Part shown: piece after piece, positions 1-13,834 of the stretch
Numbering within the stretch: the first letter of the stretch is position 1
How the letters are laid out: every line of letters starts with the position of its first letter
Origin: Octopus vulgaris
Taxonomy: Eukaryota
Reading direction: 5' to 3'
Assembly: GCA_951406725.2 (NCBI GenBank)
Contig: OX597819.1
Coordinates: 61,318,001-61,382,000, forward strand
DNA: 64,000 nucleotides
Translations under genes and position numbers: made by a program
Notes under the pieces: generated by a model
The model's database searches: none
What the model saw: only the letters and a program-made list of their open reading frames with translations
Told to the model about the DNA's origin: nothing

Positions 1-61
1 AACTGAAAACAACAACAAAAGCATATGCTCACATGGCAACATGCTGAAGATCAATAGTTTT

Positions 62-958
62 GAATTTTGGCACAAGGCTAGCAATTTTTGAGAAGGGGTT
101 GAGTCGATTACTTCGCTCCCAGTCCTCAACTGGCACTTATTTTATCGACTCCGAATGGATTAGGCACAAGACCCGAAATTTTGGGGAGGGAGCTAGTCGA
201 TTAGATCGACCCCAGTATGCAATTGGTACTTTATTTATCGATCCTGAAAGTCGACCTCGGCAGAATTTGAACTCAGAACGTAACACAGAAGAATTACCGC
301 TCGCCTTTCGTTCGGCGTGCTAGCGATTCTGCCAGCTCGCTGCCTTCCTGCAGAAAATTAATCTTTTCTATTTTATGCACAAGGCCTGAAATTTGGAGAA
401 AGATTACTCGATTAGACCGACCATAATGCGTAACTGGTACTTATTTCATCGCCCTTGAAACGATGAAAGACAAAAGTTGATCTCGACGGAATTTGAATTC
501 AGCATTTTGTCCTGTGCACTAACGGTTCTGTCATTTCGCAGCTCCAGTCTTTTCTCTATATTGTTTTCAAATTTTGGTACCAGGCAAGCAATATTGAGGG
601 GTGGGGTAAGTCGGTTACATCGACCCCAGTAATCAACTGGTACTTATTTTAACGACTCTGAAAGGATGAAAAGCAAAGTCGACATCGGTGTAATTTGAAC
701 TCAGAACGTAAAGACGGACGAAATACCTATTTCTTTATTACCCACAAGGGGCTAAACACAGAACGGACAAACAAGGACAGACAAAGGTAGTAAGTCGATT
801 ACATCGACCCCAGTGCGTAACTGGTACTTAATTTATCGACCCCGAAAGGATGAAAGGCAAAGTCGACCTCGGCGGAATTTGAACTCACAACGTAACGCAG
901 ACAAAATACCGCTAAGCATTTCGCCCGGCGTGCTAACGTTTCTGCCAGCTCGCCGCCT
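62..958 (-). mobile_element. Cluster of SINE family A copies (tRNA-headed; core gtcgactttgcctttcatcctttcggggtcgataaa)
   Basis: Several reverse-strand copies or fragments with B-box-like gagttcaaattcc and the shared core; dimeric copy at ~566-958. Confidence 0.85.
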
Positions 959-2131
959 TTCGACGGACGAAATACCACCATACGTTTTTGTCTGGCGTAC
1001 TTACGGTTCTGCCACCCCACAAACTATACTTGTATCTATATGAAAAGCAATTATTGCAAAAGTAAGCAAATCAGCAAGTAGAAGACATACGGAATATTCC
1101 GATAAGATGAGTTCATGTAGTGATTTAGATAAATTACTTCACTGAATTCACCTCGGCTCCTGGGTCAGTTGAGAGAATCATGATTTCTCATTTTCCTTTA
1201 AACTAAATCGCAGACTTCATTTAAAAGAAAAAGGAGAAAAAATGATTGGAACAACTTATAAATGTAGCTGTATTTAACATACATCGTAATTACCATTGTG
1301 TGGTTAAGAGAGTGAAATCTCCTTTAGTAATTACATACTGAGTAATCTTTTGTACATTGCAAACACTAACGATAAAAACAGAAATTTAATGAGAAAAGCA
1401 TAAGGACAGATGAATACATATATGTTTTTATATATATATATATATATGATGTGTGTGTGTTAATAATTGGATTTTAACAGCAGTTATATAGTAAGAATCC
1501 ATAATATTTGGAGGTTTCCCTTGAGGAAAGTAAGAAGCATGAGCTTATAGTTTGGGTTATTTAGGTACAATTAATTATTTCTTTTAAATTTCTGAACCAA
1601 AGCAATGTGTGTGTTACTATACAGCAAAACTATAAAAACATGGACGTTTTCTTATATGAAGTTAAGAAGGAAAAAACATCTATACCAAACATACATAGAA
1701 TATATGCCCTAATAACCACATGCACATACATGCATATATGCATACATGCATATATACATACACACATACATATATATATGCATACAGACAGACAGGCAAG
1801 CAGACAGACAAGCAGAGAAACAGATACACTCGCGGACACACGCACGCATAGACACACAAACACACACACACGTTGAAACAATTTGGACTCTCCTGTCGTA
1901 CCAGTGATCGTGAGTTCCAGTCTCGGATCGATCAGCACGTTGTGACCCTGAGCAAAACACATCATTTCACGTGGCACCAGTCCACTCGGTTGTAAATGGG
2001 AAACCCTGAGACAGACCAACCTTCCGATGCGAAGGAGTGCTGGTCTTGTAGGAAAGTCAGCGGGCTGGCATAATTCAAAACCTAAAACAATGTTAAGCTC
2101 ATTGTAATCAGAGATGTATATGTATGTGAGC

Positions 2132-2214
<83 letters not shown>

Positions 2215-2242
2215 TATACAGACAGACAGACAAGCAGACAGA

Positions 2243-2680
2243 GTTTTCTACTCTAGACACAAGGCCCAAAATTTTGGAAAAGGGTCTAGTCCATTAGATC
2301 GACCCCAGTATGCATCAAGTACTTAATTTATCGAAGCCGAAAGGATGAAAGGCAAAGTCGACCTCGGCAGAATTCAAACTCAGAATGTAAAGACAGACGA
2401 AATACTGCTAAGCATTTCTCCCGGAGTGCTAACGTTTCTCCCAGCTTGCCGCCTGTGCGCTAAATACATACTTTTCTACTCTATGCACAAGGTCCGAAAT
2501 TTTGGGGAAGGGTCCAGTCGATTAGATCAACCCCAGTATGCAACTGGTACTTAATTTATCGACCCCGAAAGGAGAAAGGCAAAGTCGACCTAGGCGGAAT
2601 TTGAACTCACAACGTAACGGCAGACGAAATACCGCTAAGCATTTCGCCTGGCGTGCTAACGATTCTGCTAGCTTGCCGTC
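2243..2680 (-). mobile_element. Two tandem SINE family A copies
   Basis: Matches the family A head, core and aggccttgtgcctagagtagaaa-type tail. Confidence 0.85.
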
Positions 2681-2739
2681 TTACCGATATATATATAGCT
2701 ACTTCCAATAGTTCGGTCGATACCGATACAGTAATACTT

Positions 2740-2970
2740 TTTTATTCCTTTACCTTTAGTCGAACAAAACGACCCCAGGACTTATTCTTTGCAAGACTAG
2801 TACTTATTCCATCGGTTCTTTTGCCGAACCGCTAAGTTATGGGGACGTAAACACACTAACTTCAGTTGTCAAGCGATGGTGGGGGACAAACACAGACACA
2901 CAAACATATACACACACGCACATATATGTACGATGAGCTTCTTTCAGTTTCCGTTTACCAAATCCACTCA
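2740..2970 (-). mobile_element. SINE family B fragment
   Basis: ccgaaccgctaagttatggggacgtaaacac...gttgtcaagcgatg block shared with full copies. Confidence 0.8.
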
Positions 2971-3449
2971 CTGGGCTATCTAACACACTGTAAATACCAA
3001 TCTTGGGCAATTAGGTTTCTCAAAATCAGAGAGCAAATAGGTGATTCAAAGACTACAGATCCAAGCTATCTTGAAATAAAGCTGAATAATGTCATACATA
3101 CAGTCTAAATTCCAACAAAAAGCATTGTTTCTGAATAAGAAACCAATTCTTTCTCTGTTGGTAAGAGACTGTCGAACAAAATAGAAAACATGACTCCACG
3201 AATATGTCAACGGACATACATAGATATGTGTACACTACTGATTAGTTTTTGCCCACGATTTGTTAAAACAATTAACACCTCTCACTCGCAATAGTCTTCG
3301 ACAGCAAAATAATGCTTTTATCCGATCAACGAGTTTTAGTTACAACTATGAAAGCCATCGGGGAAAATAACAAAATCTGTCAGAAATGTGTCAAGCACTC
3401 CAAACAACTCGACAGCGTTAAAATCAAAAAGTGATTATACATAGACACA

Positions 3450-3670
3450 TGCAGGACCGTGTGTGATTAAGAATTTCTCTCCACAATCAAGTGGTTCCGG
3501 GTTCGGTCCCACTGCAAGACACCTCGGACAAGTGCCTACTACAATAGCCCCGGGCCGATAAATGCTTTGTGAGTGAATACGGTTGACGGAAACTAAGCCC
3601 GTCTTGTATACGTATGTGTGTGTGCGCGCGCGCGTGTGTGCCTGTGCATATGCGTGTGTCTTTGTGTTGG
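3450..3670 (+). mobile_element. SINE family B, 5' half, diverged
   Basis: ggttccgggttcggtcccactgc head and gacggaaact motif. Confidence 0.7.
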
Positions 3671-4379
3671 TACTTGACTTCCACATCTTGAAAACCAGTG
3701 CAAAAAATTCAAATCGATCATTAGAATCGAAATAGTTCTGAGTTCGATTTTTCCCTCTAACGTGTCCCAACAGCCGTCACTCTGGGGGTGCTAAAAGCGG
3801 GGCTCCAAGATAGCCGTCACCCCATGACTGAGACAAGAAAAAGAATGAAAGAAGACATTTACAATTTTCTCTCCTCTCAAAGGGATCTATCTTGATAATT
3901 CTGCCTCTCATGAACAAAGAGTGAGAGACAGAGAGAGGGAGAGAGAGAGAGAGAAAGAGAGAGAAAGAGGGTGGATGAGAAACAAACTGACAGACAGTTA
4001 TATTAATTAATTTATGATAAATTTTATTGATCTGACGAAAGAGGAGCAGAAGTTGTGATGTTGATACCTTTCCTAAGGCGTTAACTGCGACAACTGAATA
4101 AAAAAAATAGCTACAGAAGCCCATCTAAACTTCATCCCTGACCCTATTTTTCTCTCACTGTTTTTCGCTTTTTTTTTCTCTATGGTGTTTAAATTTATAC
4201 GTGCAGAGCTAAAAGTATTGGCTTATAAATATTTCATAAAAAATACTTATTTACATATAATCTACGCACGTATAAAGACGATACGCTCAGGCTTTCCCCC
4301 TTTCAAGCAGACATATTTACACGTACCTCCCCCACACATACATGCATAAGCATACACACGTGCGCGCACATATATATGT

Positions 4380-4750
4380 GTGTATAAAAATGTATATATA
4401 TATATATATACGTATATATATTATATGTATATATACATATATATGTATATATATATATTATATGTATAGATATATGTGTATATATGTATATATATATGTA
4501 TATGTATATATACATATGTATATATATATTATATGTGTATATATGTATATGTATATATACACATATATGTTTATATGTATATATATATATATATGTTTAT
4601 ATATATATTATATGTATATATATATGTGTGTATATGTTTATATGTGTATATATATATACACATATATGTTTATATGTATATATATATATATTATATATAT
4701 TATATGTATATATATATGTGTGTATATGTTTATATGTGTATGTATATATT

Positions 4751-4797
<47 letters not shown>

Positions 4798-4800
4798 ATG
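4380..4800. repeat. (TA)n/(TATG)n compound microsatellite
   Basis: Directly visible. Confidence 0.95.
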
Positions 4801-5310
4801 CACACACACTTGCAGACATGGCATGCAATTAGCACCCCTCCCCCACATACACATGGTGAATGCATTTCCTAATTACACATGTACGACCGTTGATAGCAAT
4901 CATTAGAAGCAAAGTTGACAAGGCATACATACACATGTACAAATTCACACATGCACATGCATACACATACCACATACACATTCACGCACTCGCATATAAA
5001 TACATACAATGAATTACTTTTAGACCTACCACACACATCCATAATTTTCATTCACAGATATGAAGCACAAAATACACTGAATTGTATGTATGTATGTATG
5101 TATGTGTATGTGTATATGTATAAATATATATAGAGAGAAGTATAAATATATACATATATGTATGTGTGTATATGCATGTATATACATGTGTTTGTGTGTG
5201 CATACATACATGTATGTGTATACACGTGTGTGTGTGTGTGGATTTATATATATGTATATGTAAGTATATAAATATATACACAACATATTTACACACACAC
5301 AAGCATATGT

Positions 5311-5357
<47 letters not shown>

Positions 5358-6135
5358 GCGCATACGAACACACACAAACATACATATGTATATGATAGTC
5401 TGTATGCACACACACATATCCATGCTTATATACTTACAACCACACTCATACACAAGCGCACACACGCACACGCACACACACACACACACACACACAAGTA
5501 TTCAAAGGAAGGTGAATAATTGGAGGTGTAAGGCAAAAGCGAAGTGGTGTAGCTGAAATCCGGTGGAAGCGAATTGGACACAGCTCAAATAAGGAACTTC
5601 CGGATGCGAGCTTATCTAAAAATCGATCTTATGATAAAGCTAGCTTATCTGGCTTTTCTGACGTCACGTTTCCTAAGTGGTCAGTCCGAGACTTAATAAG
5701 CATCATCACGGTCGAAATTATGTTTGACCACTTTAAAAATTGATAAGTGTCCACATACCAACACGCTAACAAAACATACTGCAACACGTAGGCCCCAAAC
5801 AGAGTATATACGCATGCTGAAGGCATGCGTACATGCATACATATGTACGAACATGCATATACATAATACACACATCTATATATGCATACTGATATATTAT
5901 ATATATATATATATATATACATATATACATATATATATCGTATGTATGTGTGTCAAATGTACATGTACGCATACAGACACAAATGTATTCACACATGCGA
6001 ACAGACATGTACTACGTATATAAATGTATGTATGTATGTGCGTGTATGAAAGACATGTATGCACATTGTGATGTATATATGTGTGTGTGTGTATGTATGT
6101 ATATCTATCTATCTGTCTGTCTGTCTATCTATCGA

Positions 6136-6169
<34 letters not shown>

Positions 6170-6650
6170 CATATACATATAGATAGATAGAAAGAAAGAT
6201 AGAAAGATAGTCAGATATTTATATATATATGCACGTATACACACACACATACATATATATACGTGTATGTGTGTGTGTGCACATTCGCTTTTACTGACGT
6301 GGTTTTATGCACGTAAGCCAAACATGAACTAGTTCACTTACATAACATGTACACATAAAATCACGCACAAACACAACCTCGCAGATAATCATATACATAT
6401 ATTTACGCATACATGCACATACACATATATAGCGGCAAACATTACACAACATATATGAAAACATTAGCCTTCTCAGACATTATACATGCAAACACACAAA
6501 TACACATGAATGCATAAATATAAGCTTTTTTAATTAGGTTGAACTTAAAATTACAAGGCCGAGCCTTTGTGATAGAACCAGACAAACGTGTATGAGTGTA
6601 CGTATGAGTGTATGTATGTATGTATGTATGTATGTATGTATGTATGTATG

Positions 6651-6750
6651 TTCATTATTCAGTTTTATTTCAAGATTTCTTGCCAATAGAGAAAGAGCCG
6701 GTTTCTAACCTAGATCCAAGGCTCTTTCATTGGAATTTCAACATCAACAG
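6651..6750 (-). mobile_element. Retroelement 3' end with (CATA)n tail; near-identical copy at 7088-7190, related end at ~3060-3101 (+)
   Basis: tcttgaaataaaactgaataatga followed by (CATA)n in three places. Confidence 0.6.
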
Positions 6751-6789
6751 GATATTTTTGTATGTATGTATATATGTACTAATGCTATA

Positions 6790-7085
6790 CTATACATACC
6801 ATACTAATCAAATCTGTCGGGCATGTGGAAGAGAGTGTAATTCGGCAGGAGGACTTAAACGACATGCAAAGGTACATGAAGCCCAGTTACAACTACAGCC
6901 AGCTATAACCAGTAAAGGTTTTAGTTGCCAATTTTGTACAAGACATTGTAGATCTTTAGCTGGGCTAAAAAGTCACATTCGATCACAGCACTAGTAACAG
7001 TTAAGCTTCGTGCAATGGCCATACTCGATAACGAGGTGGCAGCCATAATGTATGTATGTATGTATGTATGTATGTATGTATGTAT
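6790..7085 (+). mobile_element. 5'-truncated RTE-clade LINE 3' end (two C-terminal C2H2-type fingers, short 3' UTR, (TGTA)n tail)
   Basis: CRACGRECNSAGGLKRHAKVH and CQFCTRHCRSLAGLKSHIRSQH* resemble the CxxCxRxCxSxxGLxSH end of RTE ORFs; stop at 6994, then ~55 nt UTR and a tandem tail. Confidence 0.7.
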
Positions 7086-7669
7086 GTCATTATTCAGTTT
7101 TATTTCAAGATTTTTTGCCAATAGAGAAAGAGCCGCTTTCTAACCTAGATTTGAAGCTCCTTCATTGGAATTTTAACATCCACAACAAGGTAGTTTTGTT
7201 TGTTTGTATGTATGTATGTATGTATGTATGTATGTATGTATGTATGCATGTACGTACGTACGTACATATGTATGTATGTATGTATGTATGTACATATGTA
7301 TGTATGTATGTGTGCAGATTTGTATATTTTGCTTAATCTAAGTGTTCTCATGCATATAAGGCAGAATCTTTCGTTTTAATTTTCTCTGGACTCTTGGTGG
7401 CGTTGAACGAGATACCATTATAATTCACTCAGTCGTATATGACATCCACGTCTCACTGAAAAACATGTATATTGTATACGTTTTTCATTGACCTGGTTTC
7501 CCGCATCCCACAAGTAGTGTCAGCGTAACAGCCAAACATAGTCGACTGGTTAATATATAACAACATAAAGACATCGTTCAAGGCATTTTTAAGTATCGTC
7601 TGCATAACTGTCGAATATGGGCGATAAGTTATTTTTGTCTATATATGACAACATTATTAAAGACAACAT

Positions 7670-8205
7670 AAGTACTAGTCTTGTACTGGTGTTAATGTAA
7701 TCGACCAACATCCGCTCCCCCACCAAATTTCAGGCCTCGTGCCTATAGTAGAAAGAATTATTAGGAACAAAAACGCAACGTGCCGGCAGAATCATTAGAA
7801 CGACGGGCGAAATTCTCAGCAGGGTTTCGTCTGCCTTCACGTTCTGAGTTCAAATTCTGCCGAGGTCGACTTTGCCTTTCATCCTTTCGGGGTCGATAAA
7901 TTAAGTACCAGTGAAGCACTGGGGTCGATGCAATCGACTTCTGTCTTTGGCCCTTTGTGGGTAGTAAGAAATAGGTATTTCGTCCGACCCCTCCAACCTC
8001 AAACTTCAGGCCTTGTGCCTATAGAAGAAATGATTCGTAAGCACATCAGGCAAAATGTTTAGCGACATTTCTTCCTAGTACAAATTTCGCCGCGGTCAAT
8101 TTTGCCTTTCATCCTTTCGAAGTCGATAAAATGATAAATAATGGGGTACATATAATCGATTACATTCACAAAATTTCATGTCTTGTGCCAAAATTAGAAA
8201 GGAAT
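7670..8205 (+). mobile_element. SINE family A cluster
   Basis: Repeated core and tails. Confidence 0.8.
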
Positions 8206-8299
8206 ATTAGTTACAAAGGAGACACAGAATGGTGAATTGCGGTACTACGCTTAATATTGTATACATTTCCAACAGAGCTCACCTACCACTATTTCGGTC

Positions 8300-8590
8300 T
8301 TATGAAAAATCAAAAACCAAATACTCAACGTTTCTGTCAGTTTGTAACACAGGATCGTAAGGTCGACACTGTCAAAAGATTTCCTGAAGTCAAGGTATTC
8401 ATAGTGAACTCTTGATCCAGATATGATAATCATCAGACGCTGCTTATGTTGTAGAAACAGTGTCAGGCAGTTACTTCCGGGCGGAAACCATGTTGGGTTT
8501 TCTTAAAAAAGATTTGTTTGCCTAAATGCTCTGCACGTAATTCTCTCTCAGTACTTTTGAAGAGAGTGACACAGATTTATTGTTGTTTGT
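8300..8590 (-). pseudogene. CR1/L2-type LINE reverse transcriptase fragment
   Basis: Minus-strand QHGFRP, then a frameshift, GSNCLTL...YLDFRKSFDSVDLTILCYKL, matching the QHGFRxGRSCLT and YLDFxKAFDxV motifs. Confidence 0.75.
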
Positions 8591-8760
8591 TTACCAGTGC
8601 TTCATTCTTACCTTCGTGACATTATAGTATAGAATATAATAAATTATGATACGATATAACATACTTATAAAGGTGACGTATATATATCTAGACACACACA
8701 CACAATGAGCAATACGAGTATATATATGTACATATACAGACAGATATGTGTGTGTGCGTG

Positions 8761-8804
<44 letters not shown>

Positions 8805-9340
8805 CACATATATGTGTGTATGTATAGTTGTACGTTAATAAGTAAATTCAAAAAGAGGCTGGCATTACTTATATAAAACACATGTACGATAGAATCCGTG
8901 TATGCATGCAGGCGTGCTTGTAAAGAAGCCATAGTCTTTTTTTTTTAAATGTTTTGTTACTTTTTTTTATTATTTAAGATTCTATATTCCGAAACATAAC
9001 CTTCTATTCTATTATACTTATTTGTTTTTCTGTTGTCCTCTTCCCCTCCTCTCCTTCCATTCATTTTTTTTTTACTCCTACCATATTACTGTTTCATCTT
9101 CCCTTTCGCATTCCATCCTACATAGATACATAGGTTTTACTTCAACCCGTCGGCATATCTGACTACATGATGCCTGTCTTTCAGTCACACCAATGGCGCT
9201 TTTGGTTTTTACAAATGCATACGTACATACATACATGCATACATACATACGTATCACTTCCTTTCTCTCTCTCTCTTTATATATATATGGGGGGTATACT
9301 AATATATATAAACTTATAGATACATGTGTACATATACGTA

Positions 9341-9447
9341 CCTATCTATCTATCTATCTAGCCATCCATCTATCTATCTAGCCATCCATCTATCTATCTA
9401 GCCATCTATCTACCTATCTATCTATCTAGCCATCTATCTATCTAGCC

Positions 9448-9504
<57 letters not shown>

Positions 9505-9573
9505 CCTATCTATCTATCCATCTATCTACCTATCTATCTATCTAGCCATCTATCTACCTATCTATCTATCTAC

Positions 9574-9632
<59 letters not shown>

Positions 9633-9673
9633 CCTACCTACCTACCTACCTACCTACCTACCTACCTACCTAC

Positions 9674-9740
<67 letters not shown>

Positions 9741-9810
9741 GCCATCTATCTATCTGTCTATCTATATATATATATCCATCTATCTATCCATCCATCTATC
9801 TACCTATCTA
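9341..9810. repeat. (TATC)n/(TACC)n microsatellite
   Basis: Directly visible. Confidence 0.95.
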
Positions 9811-9829
9811 TCAATATCTATATATCGTA

Positions 9830-10048
9830 GCACTCCGTCGTTTACGATGACACGGGTTCCAGTTGATGCGTTCAACGGAAATTAACGTGCAAGTTGTTGA
9901 GCACTCTACAGACCGGTGTACCCTTAACGTAGTTCTCGGGGAGATTCATGGTGACACAGAGCGTGACAAGGCTGGCCCTTTGTAAAACAGGTACAACAGA
10001 AACAGGAAGAAAGAGTGAGAGAAAGTTGTGGTGAAAGAGTACAGCAGG
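9830..10048 (-). mobile_element. SINE family C, 3' part
   Basis: Reverse complement of the body at 23560-23717 plus its 3' tail. Confidence 0.8.
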
Positions 10049-11576
10049 CTTTGAAAAAAGTCCTGGGATCGATTTGTTCGACTAAAACCCCTCAAGGCAA
10101 TGCTCCAGCATGGTCGAAGTTAAATGATTGAAACAAGTAAAAAAAAAATAAAAAAGAATATATATATGTATGTATGTGTGTATAAATATATATATATATA
10201 TTTATAGACATATATATAAAGATATATATATATATGTGCATATATCTATTTATATATGTTTATATATAAATAAATATATATATATATGCTTTTTATATTT
10301 TACTTCTTTCAATCATTATATATATATATATATATATATATAAACATATGCACAAGCACACACACACGCACACATATACACACATCTATATAAACATATA
10401 TGCCTCCGCACTCTCACATATGCGCACGCAAAGAGAAATATTATGCCTTGTATGTCAAACATACATAGCTAAACCGCATATATCTCTCTGTATTGGCATA
10501 CAGTTGCCGATATTTCGAAGCACACCGTTTTGATCTGATCAGTGGTGATATATATATATTTAAAAATAGACCGTTCACACATTAAGGTGTTGATTTACAT
10601 AGTTTTTCGCACCTGTACTGCAATAATCAGCAGGCAGGTGTGCAAAACAGGTAGAAGAGTGGGACGTAGGAGAAGATATTATTCCCAAAGTTTATGAGTG
10701 AGTGAACCAGAGTCCTGTAAAGTAGCCAACATTAACAAAGGCCTTAGCTATAAACATCAAGCTGCTATGAAATAGTAACGAAGATGGCTGTTTCGGTAGC
10801 AACGGCAGCCATAATGTCAACAGGGCAGGTGAAATAAATATTAGAAAATGGTTGAAGAAATACAATAGTCGTACAGGAAGGGATTACGCGTAGATTCAGT
10901 AATGCCCTGTTTGATGATGCATGAATGTGCAGTGTCTTTATTTATTAATGTTAAGATGATTTATTGATAACATCTTAGTAGCCACTGATCAGTCTTGTCT
11001 TTAATATCTATTGTTAATTGCTGTAATTAAGCTTTAGCAATCCTGAAATCGCAGTCAATACTTCTTTACACGAACGATGCCACACACGCACATGCACGCA
11101 CACACACACACACGTATGCACGCACACGCACATACGCACGCACGCATACACACACGTACATTCACACACACCCGCACGTATACACACGCGCGCACATACA
11201 CATGCATACACGCGCGCGGCGCGCACACATGCACGCACACACAAACACATGCATACATACACACACAGACACACGCACACACGCACGCACACACACATAT
11301 GCACACACACTCACACACACGCGTGCATGAACACACACACGCACACAAACACAGGTACGTATACACACACACTCACAGATACAGACATACACACACAGAG
11401 GCACACGCACACACACAAGCCTGCGCGCACACACATACCCATTAAAGCCTGTTCAGAAAAGCAATCGAACGCTGCAAACATCCCACCAACCACCTGCGCT
11501 ATGCACTGTATACGTCATCCATGCATGGCGTCTGCAGCCTTCCGCATGAACGAACCTGACCATAGTCTTAATAATC

Positions 11577-12104
11577 CTTTCCACAATAGGCACAAAGCCT
11601 GAGCTTTTAGAGGAAGGGGTAAGTCGGAAACATCGACCCCAGTGCTCGACTGATACTTTATTTTATCGATCTCGAAAGGATGTAAAGTCCACTTCGGCGG
11701 GATTTGAACTGGGAGCGTAAAGACAGATGAAATACCGCCGAGTATTTTTGCCAAGTGCGTTAACGATTCTGCCAGTTTTAATAACAACTTCTTATTTCGG
11801 CACAAGGCCAGCAACTTTGATGGGGAGGTTTAAGTCGATGATATAGAGTACCGGATCTTAATTGGCACCAATTTTAACGAAGCCGAAGGGATGAAAGGCA
11901 AAGTTGAACTCAGCGTGGTTTGTATTCAGAACGTAAAGAATCGGAAGAAATAGCACAAGATATTTTCGCCGACGCTCTAACGATTCTGCCAGTTCGCCCA
12001 TCTTAAATGTACAAGGCTAACGACTTTGAGAGGTGGGCTTAGTTGATACTATCGGTCTCAGTACTTGACTTGTACTTTATGTTACCGATCCCGAAAGAAT
12101 GAAA
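11577..12104 (-). mobile_element. Diverged SINE family A copies
   Basis: Core and head motifs present. Confidence 0.7.
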
Positions 12105-12526
12105 GGCATGGCTGTGTGGTAAGTAGCTTGCTTACCAACAACATGGTTCCGGGTTCAGTCCCACTGCGTGGCACCTTAAGTGTCTTCTACTATAGCCTCG
12201 GGCCAACCAAAGCCTTGTGAGTGAATTTTGTAGACGGAAACTGAAAGAGGCCCGTCGTGTATGTGTGTATGTATGTATGTATGTATGTATGTATGTATGT
12301 ATGTGTGTGTATATGTTTGTGTGTCTGTGTTTGTCACCCCCAACATCGCTTGACAGCCGATGCTGGTGTGTTTATGTCTCCGTAACTTAGCGGTTCGGCA
12401 AAAGAGACCGATAGAATAAGTACTAGGCTTACAAAGAATAAGTCCTGGGGTCGATTTTCTCGACTAAAAGCGGTGCTCCAGCATGGCCGCAATCAAATGA
12501 CTGAAACAAGTAGAAGAGTAAAGAGA
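12105..12526 (+). mobile_element. SINE family B, near full length (tRNA head, CORE-like block, internal microsatellite, (TAAAAGAG)-type tail)
   Basis: A-box tggctgtgtggt, B-box-like ggttcagtcc; ~20 related copies in the window. Confidence 0.9.
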
Positions 12527-12569
12527 GTCAGAACAGAGCCTTCGGTTTCGTAAAACAGGTGTCTATTAA

Positions 12570-12792
12570 CCCATTCGTGCCGAAATTTTTCTAGTAAATG
12601 AAATTGCCTGAAAAATTTACAGATACTATTATTTTGACCTAAATAACTGAAAAAATTTTCATTGAAACACGCGTTAAGAACATGTTTCATTCTTTGATAA
12701 ACATCATACACAAATAACAATTTATATCAAGTATTTGTTTTATACCCTTATAAATTAAGTATCAGTTTAAGTGGACGATCGGCGTGAATGGG
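12570..12792. mobile_element. piggyBac-type MITE
   Basis: TTAA on both sides (12566-12569, 12793-12796); TIRs cccattcgtgccga / tcggcgtgaatggg (12 of 14 match). Confidence 0.8.
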
Positions 12793-13129
12793 TTAAGATC
12801 TGGTACTCTATAACATCGACTTAGACTTCCCATCAAAGTTGCTGGTCTTATGCCTAAATAATTAGCCGTTAGCAAGTCTAGCAGACTCGTTAACGCACTG
12901 GGCAAAAGTACTTAGCGGTATTTCATCTGTCTTTATGTTCCCATTCAAATCCCGCCGAAGTGGACTTTGCTTTACATCCTTTCGGGATCGATAAAATAAA
13001 GTGTCAGAAGTACAAAGCGTTCTCTGTATGCTTTAACAATTCAACCAGCTCTCCACCATAGACTGCAGTTTTAATATCAGCACGCGGTGTCACGCCACTT
13101 CAGTGAGTCATCTATCTACACGTTCTAGA

Positions 13130-13480
13130 GTGAATATATGTTTAGTGCACGGAACGATCTATCGCAAGTTTAACAAGGAAGTATTCTGAGAGACAACTTC
13201 ATTTTCAAATAGGGGAAAAAATAAAATGTTCCGAGCCTTTCGCAATGTCACAAGTTTGAGTCGTACCAGCGTTTCAACTTGAGTATAATATCTACCGAAA
13301 ATTATTCTAAATCTCGACAACCTTCGACGAAAACAAATGACAATCACATTGAGAAGTGTGTGACATCAAGATTTGTAAAAAAAATAAACTGGTTGAAATT
13401 CTGTGAAGTTTCTGAACAAATACACACTTACGAAAGCACGTGGTGTCACATGATTTTAAAAAATGTTTGTGCCGATTGAT
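13130..13480 (+). pseudogene. Decayed mariner transposase N-terminal (HTH) fragment
   Basis: KMFRAFRNVTSLSRTSV...SRQPSTKTNDNHIEK...EVSEQI...CHMIL resembles mariner LSR..V / SGRPST...IEKV / E....S...CH.IL. Confidence 0.5.
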
Positions 13481-13834
13481 AAGATAAATACACTTTCGCT
13501 GGTTACTCTACATGACTGCTAAGTTATATTTGAATAGGTACAGCATATGTCCTGCAATGAAGGAATTCACCGAATAATTAACGAATCTTCTGTTAAGCCA
13601 ATTTTAGCGATAGCCAAATCGGCTTCTCTAATTACACGCATATAAAGTAGCCCTCTTGGTGATTCGCACACCTTGTACTCCTCATGCTACGCTTCTGAGT
13701 ACTGCGAACCAGAAAGATTAAAGATGAAGGGCGGTTAATACATCCGTATATATTTTTTAAGTCTTTGTGTCCTCTTCATATACTGAGTTAAAAAGAAATT
13801 TAAATATTTCTTTTTTAATATAAAACAGTTTATG

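Noticed and set aside
4303-5495. Long YI/CV/HT-rich ORFs here and at 11014-11602, 27046-27663, 59214-59749 and elsewhere
   Set aside because: Translations of dinucleotide and tetranucleotide microsatellites that lack stops
6608-6994. Host C2H2 zinc-finger gene
   Set aside because: No TGEKP linkers; start lies in a microsatellite; finger pattern, short UTR and repeat tail fit an RTE LINE end
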